A program made the position numbers and the translations under genes. The notes beneath the pieces are model-generated. The model worked only from the letters and a program-made list of their open reading frames with translations, searched no databases and was not told the origin of the DNA. DNA of 64,000 nt from a virus (lineage: Duplodnaviria > Caudoviricetes), in the IMG/VR virus record IMGVR_UViG_3300046717_000225, positions 15,320-79,319 of that record; one strand, 5' to 3'. Shown here one piece after another: positions 61,897 to 64,000 of the stretch (its first letter is position 1; every line of letters starts with the position of its first letter).

Positions 61897-62187
61897 TCAG
61901 AACGACCTTCCGCCGCACCACTCGGTCACGGCGCCCTCCAGGATCTTATGGACCGGGACGTCCTCCTCCTCGGTCCAGTCGGCCCACCCCGCATTCAGCC
62001 AGGCCGCGAACGCCCGCCCCGAGGCGCCGGGGAGCTGACCCTCGGACGGGCCCATGCCGATCGCCCACTCCAAAATCAGGTCCTCTAGGTAGGTCGCGAA
62101 CAGGACCCTTTCCAGCACCTCCCCGCACTCCAGGGCCAGGAACTCCTTCAGTGTCGGCTTCCGCATCCGCCGTGCTGTCTCGCTCAT
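61897..62187 (-). CDS. hypothetical protein
   Basis: AGGAGG RBS; 96 aa. Confidence 0.6.
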   Translation of the reverse strand: MSETARRMRKPTLKEFLALECGEVLERVLFATYLEDLILEWAIGMGPSEGQLPGASGRAFAAWLNAGWADWTEEEDVPVHKILEGAVTEWCGGRSF

Positions 62188-62195
62188 GCCCCCTC

Positions 62196-62654
62196 CTACG
62201 GGTGCGCCGGGTGCGCGTAATTGCGCACCTCGTCCATCAGGTCGTCCTGGGCGTCGAACCTCATGGCGTCGCCGGACGGGACGCCGGCCGAAGAGGCGGC
62301 CCGCCGACGACGGACCGGACGCCGCTCACCGATCGTCTCGTACTCACCCCAGGCGGACCGGAGAACGGCCTGATGCTGGCTCGTGGTCATGGTGTGATGC
62401 TCGTCCACGTAGAACCGCTGGACCTCACCGTCGTCCATGCTCACGAACCCGATCGGTGTGTCGTAGCTCCAGACCACGTACTCCGCCCGGCTGAGCAGGT
62501 CCTTGATGTAGTCCTTCTCCGCGTGCGTGCTCAGCCAGCCGAGGTTGCGCGTGCTGCCCCGGGTACCCCGCAGGGAACCGGTGCTGTTCTGGAACGCCTG
62601 GTCGCAACTGATGGCGCGTTCGGCCTCGTCCCGCGCTCGCATGCCCATGGCCAT
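62196..62654 (-). CDS. hypothetical protein
   Basis: FQNSTGSLRG...YVVWSYDTPIG...TTSQHQ pattern. Confidence 0.65.
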   Translation of the reverse strand: MAMGMRARDEAERAISCDQAFQNSTGSLRGTRGSTRNLGWLSTHAEKDYIKDLLSRAEYVVWSYDTPIGFVSMDDGEVQRFYVDEHHTMTTSQHQAVLRSAWGEYETIGERRPVRRRRAASSAGVPSGDAMRFDAQDDLMDEVRNYAHPAHP

Positions 62655-62656
62655 GG

Positions 62657-62815
62657 TCAGTCTCCTTCCGGGTGGTGCACGAAGCCGAAGCAGTGCGGCT
62701 CCGGGTCGTCGGACGGGCCGAACCGGAACGGCACGGAGTCCTCGTCCAGGTCGAGCAGGGCGTGCCGCTGCTCCAGCAGCTCTGCTGCACGCACCTCGTC
62801 AGCGGTCATGGTCAT
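62657..62815 (-). CDS. hypothetical protein (52 aa)
   Basis: ACCCGACCAAGGAG leader directly before ATG. Confidence 0.55.
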   Translation of the reverse strand: MTMTADEVRAAELLEQRHALLDLDEDSVPFRFGPSDDPEPHCFGFVHHPEGD

Positions 62816-62968
62816 TCTCCTTGGTCGGGTTGGTCTGCGTACCCCTGGACGGTGTTGATCCGTCATCTCCCGAGGGCCCTGTGAGCGGGTCTCTGGGTAC
62901 TCTGACGTTGAGCTACAGGGGCATGGTGCCCGGGGAGGGGTAGGGTCCCTGGTCCCCGGGCCGGTCTT

Positions 62969-63166
62969 TCAGGAGCGGACGTGGCCCACGAACGCGGCGA
63001 ACGCGTCCGGGCCGACGGAGAACACCGGACGGCCCGCCGTGTCGGCGACCTTGCTGTCCGTCAGGGACACGGTGCTCGCCTCGGCCGACCGGACCTCGAC
63101 GCAGGCGCCGTTCCCGGTGCTGTACGTGGACTTGGTCCAGGCTCCGTGTGCACCCAGCTTGATCAT
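62969..63166 (-). CDS. DUF397 (BldB-like) protein
   Basis: WTKSTYSTGNGACVEV...SLTDSK...VGPDAFAAFV. Confidence 0.85.
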   Translation of the reverse strand: MIKLGAHGAWTKSTYSTGNGACVEVRSAEASTVSLTDSKVADTAGRPVFSVGPDAFAAFVGHVRS

Positions 63167-63270
63167 GTGCGTTCCTCCCTCGGTAGGGTGTCCGGCCCCC
63201 GCCGGGGGATTGGCGGGGGCCGGACTGGCCGGACGGTGGCGGGGGCACCTCCCGCCCGGCCGTTCTTGGG

Positions 63271-63307
63271 TTTAGCTAAATCGTACCCGGGTCCGGGGAG
63301 ATGAACC
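63271..63307 (-). promoter_or_regulatory. sigmaB-type promoter plus TTTAGCTAAA operator
   Basis: GGTTC-N14-GGGTAC-GAT then TTTAGCTAAA (63280-63271). Confidence 0.65.
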
Positions 63308-63435
63308 CGGTCAGATCCAGCCGAGTTCGTTCAGGGCCCCGAGGACCAGGAACACGGCCACGACCAGCACCCAGAACACGGGCTGGCTGAAGACAGTGTC
63401 GTAGAAGCCTGGGTGCCGGGGGAAGACGCGCCTCC

Positions 63436-63642
63436 TCATGACGGGTCATCTCCTCCGGACCGGTCGGTCTTCCTCTGCTCCCGGTACGCCACGGCGAACA
63501 GGACGGCCGCAGACACGGCCACCCCGGTCGCCCCGATGGGATCGTGGCCGAAGGCCAGTACGCTCGTGGCCAGGAGCCCCAGCGCGCAGCCGTAGACGAT
63601 CCAGGACAGGGCGCTCTTCAGGGCGGAGTCCTTCGGGTCCAT
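63436..63642 (-). CDS. 2-TM membrane protein
   Basis: Two hydrophobic helices. Confidence 0.55.
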   Translation of the reverse strand: MDPKDSALKSALSWIVYGCALGLLATSVLAFGHDPIGATGVAVSAAVLFAVAYREQRKTDRSGGDDPS

Positions 63643-63813
63643 GATCGGTTCCTTTCTCGGTCCCGCCGGCGGCAGGAGCAGTGGGTCCGGACGGACTTGA
63701 ACCGTCTTCCACGGGGGAGCGAGGAACCGACCAAAGTCCGCTCCACGCCGTGTGCTCTTCCTGTTGAGCTACCGGGACCCCTGGCGGATTACGGCTCCGC
63801 CGGGCCGTCGTGC

Positions 63814-64000
63814 TCACCCTGCACAGAAGGAGGAGAGGATCACCTCCACGTCCCCGTCCTCCGGGACCCGGGCCACCTTCGCGTTCGTGCCGTCCGGGCG
63901 GAAGCCCCTGAACTCCGAGTCCCCGTACCGGTCCGTCTTGCGTACGACCGACAGGGCCTCGTCCTCCGAGGACGCTCGGACCACGATTCCGTCGTACTCG
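63814..64000 (-). CDS. hypothetical protein (5'-truncated by window edge)
   Basis: Open frame EYDGIVVRASSEDEAL...VILSSFCAG*. Confidence 0.55.
   Translation of the reverse strand, partial: EYDGIVVRASSEDEALSVVRKTDRYGDSEFRGFRPDGTNAKVARVPEDGDVEVILSSFCAG

Overview
Most of the genome of a tailed (siphovirus-like), very GC-rich actinobacteriophage, probably Streptomyces-infecting (Rpf, WhiB, DUF397 and sigmaB-type promoters point that way). ORFs run off both ends. No integrase, CI repressor or CRISPR array is visible, so it looks lytic, with the caveat that sequence outside the window is unseen. Layout: (1) 1-16.9 kb, early/replication genes: HNH, RuvC, putative SSB, RecB-family exonuclease, MazG-like, SF2 helicase, C5-MTase-like, ParB-N, HTH, alphaCTD-like protein, two PD-(D/E)XK nucleases, and a 1431-aa primase-helicase-PolA fusion with an ori-like inverted repeat in its linker. 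(2) 17-23.4 kb, a largely translationally coupled DNA-hypermodification operon: ParB-N, amino-acid:DNA transferase, PLP enzyme, permuted papain-like protein, P-loop 5hmU-DNA kinase, an inserted GIY-YIG and a TET/JBP dioxygenase. (3) 23.4-61.3 kb, packaging, head, tail and lysis genes with accessory Rpf-NlpC/P60-LysM, C1 protease, double-LuxR regulator, SAM-MTase, 2H-phosphoesterase-MuF-protease fusion, SGNH protein, four paralogous tail proteins and a glycosyltransferase. (4) 61.2-64 kb, leftward small genes including WhiB and DUF397. The strongest candidate for a novel system is a post-replicative, TET/JBP-initiated thymidine hypermodification pathway. It has no dUMP hydroxymethylase or radical-SAM gene in the window, and it carries an extra permuted NlpC/P60 enzyme. 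The second is a regulatory circuit of stress-sigma (sigmaB/SigF-type) promoters, several overlapped by a TTTAGNTAAA palindrome. All family calls come from motif recognition by eye; no searches were run.
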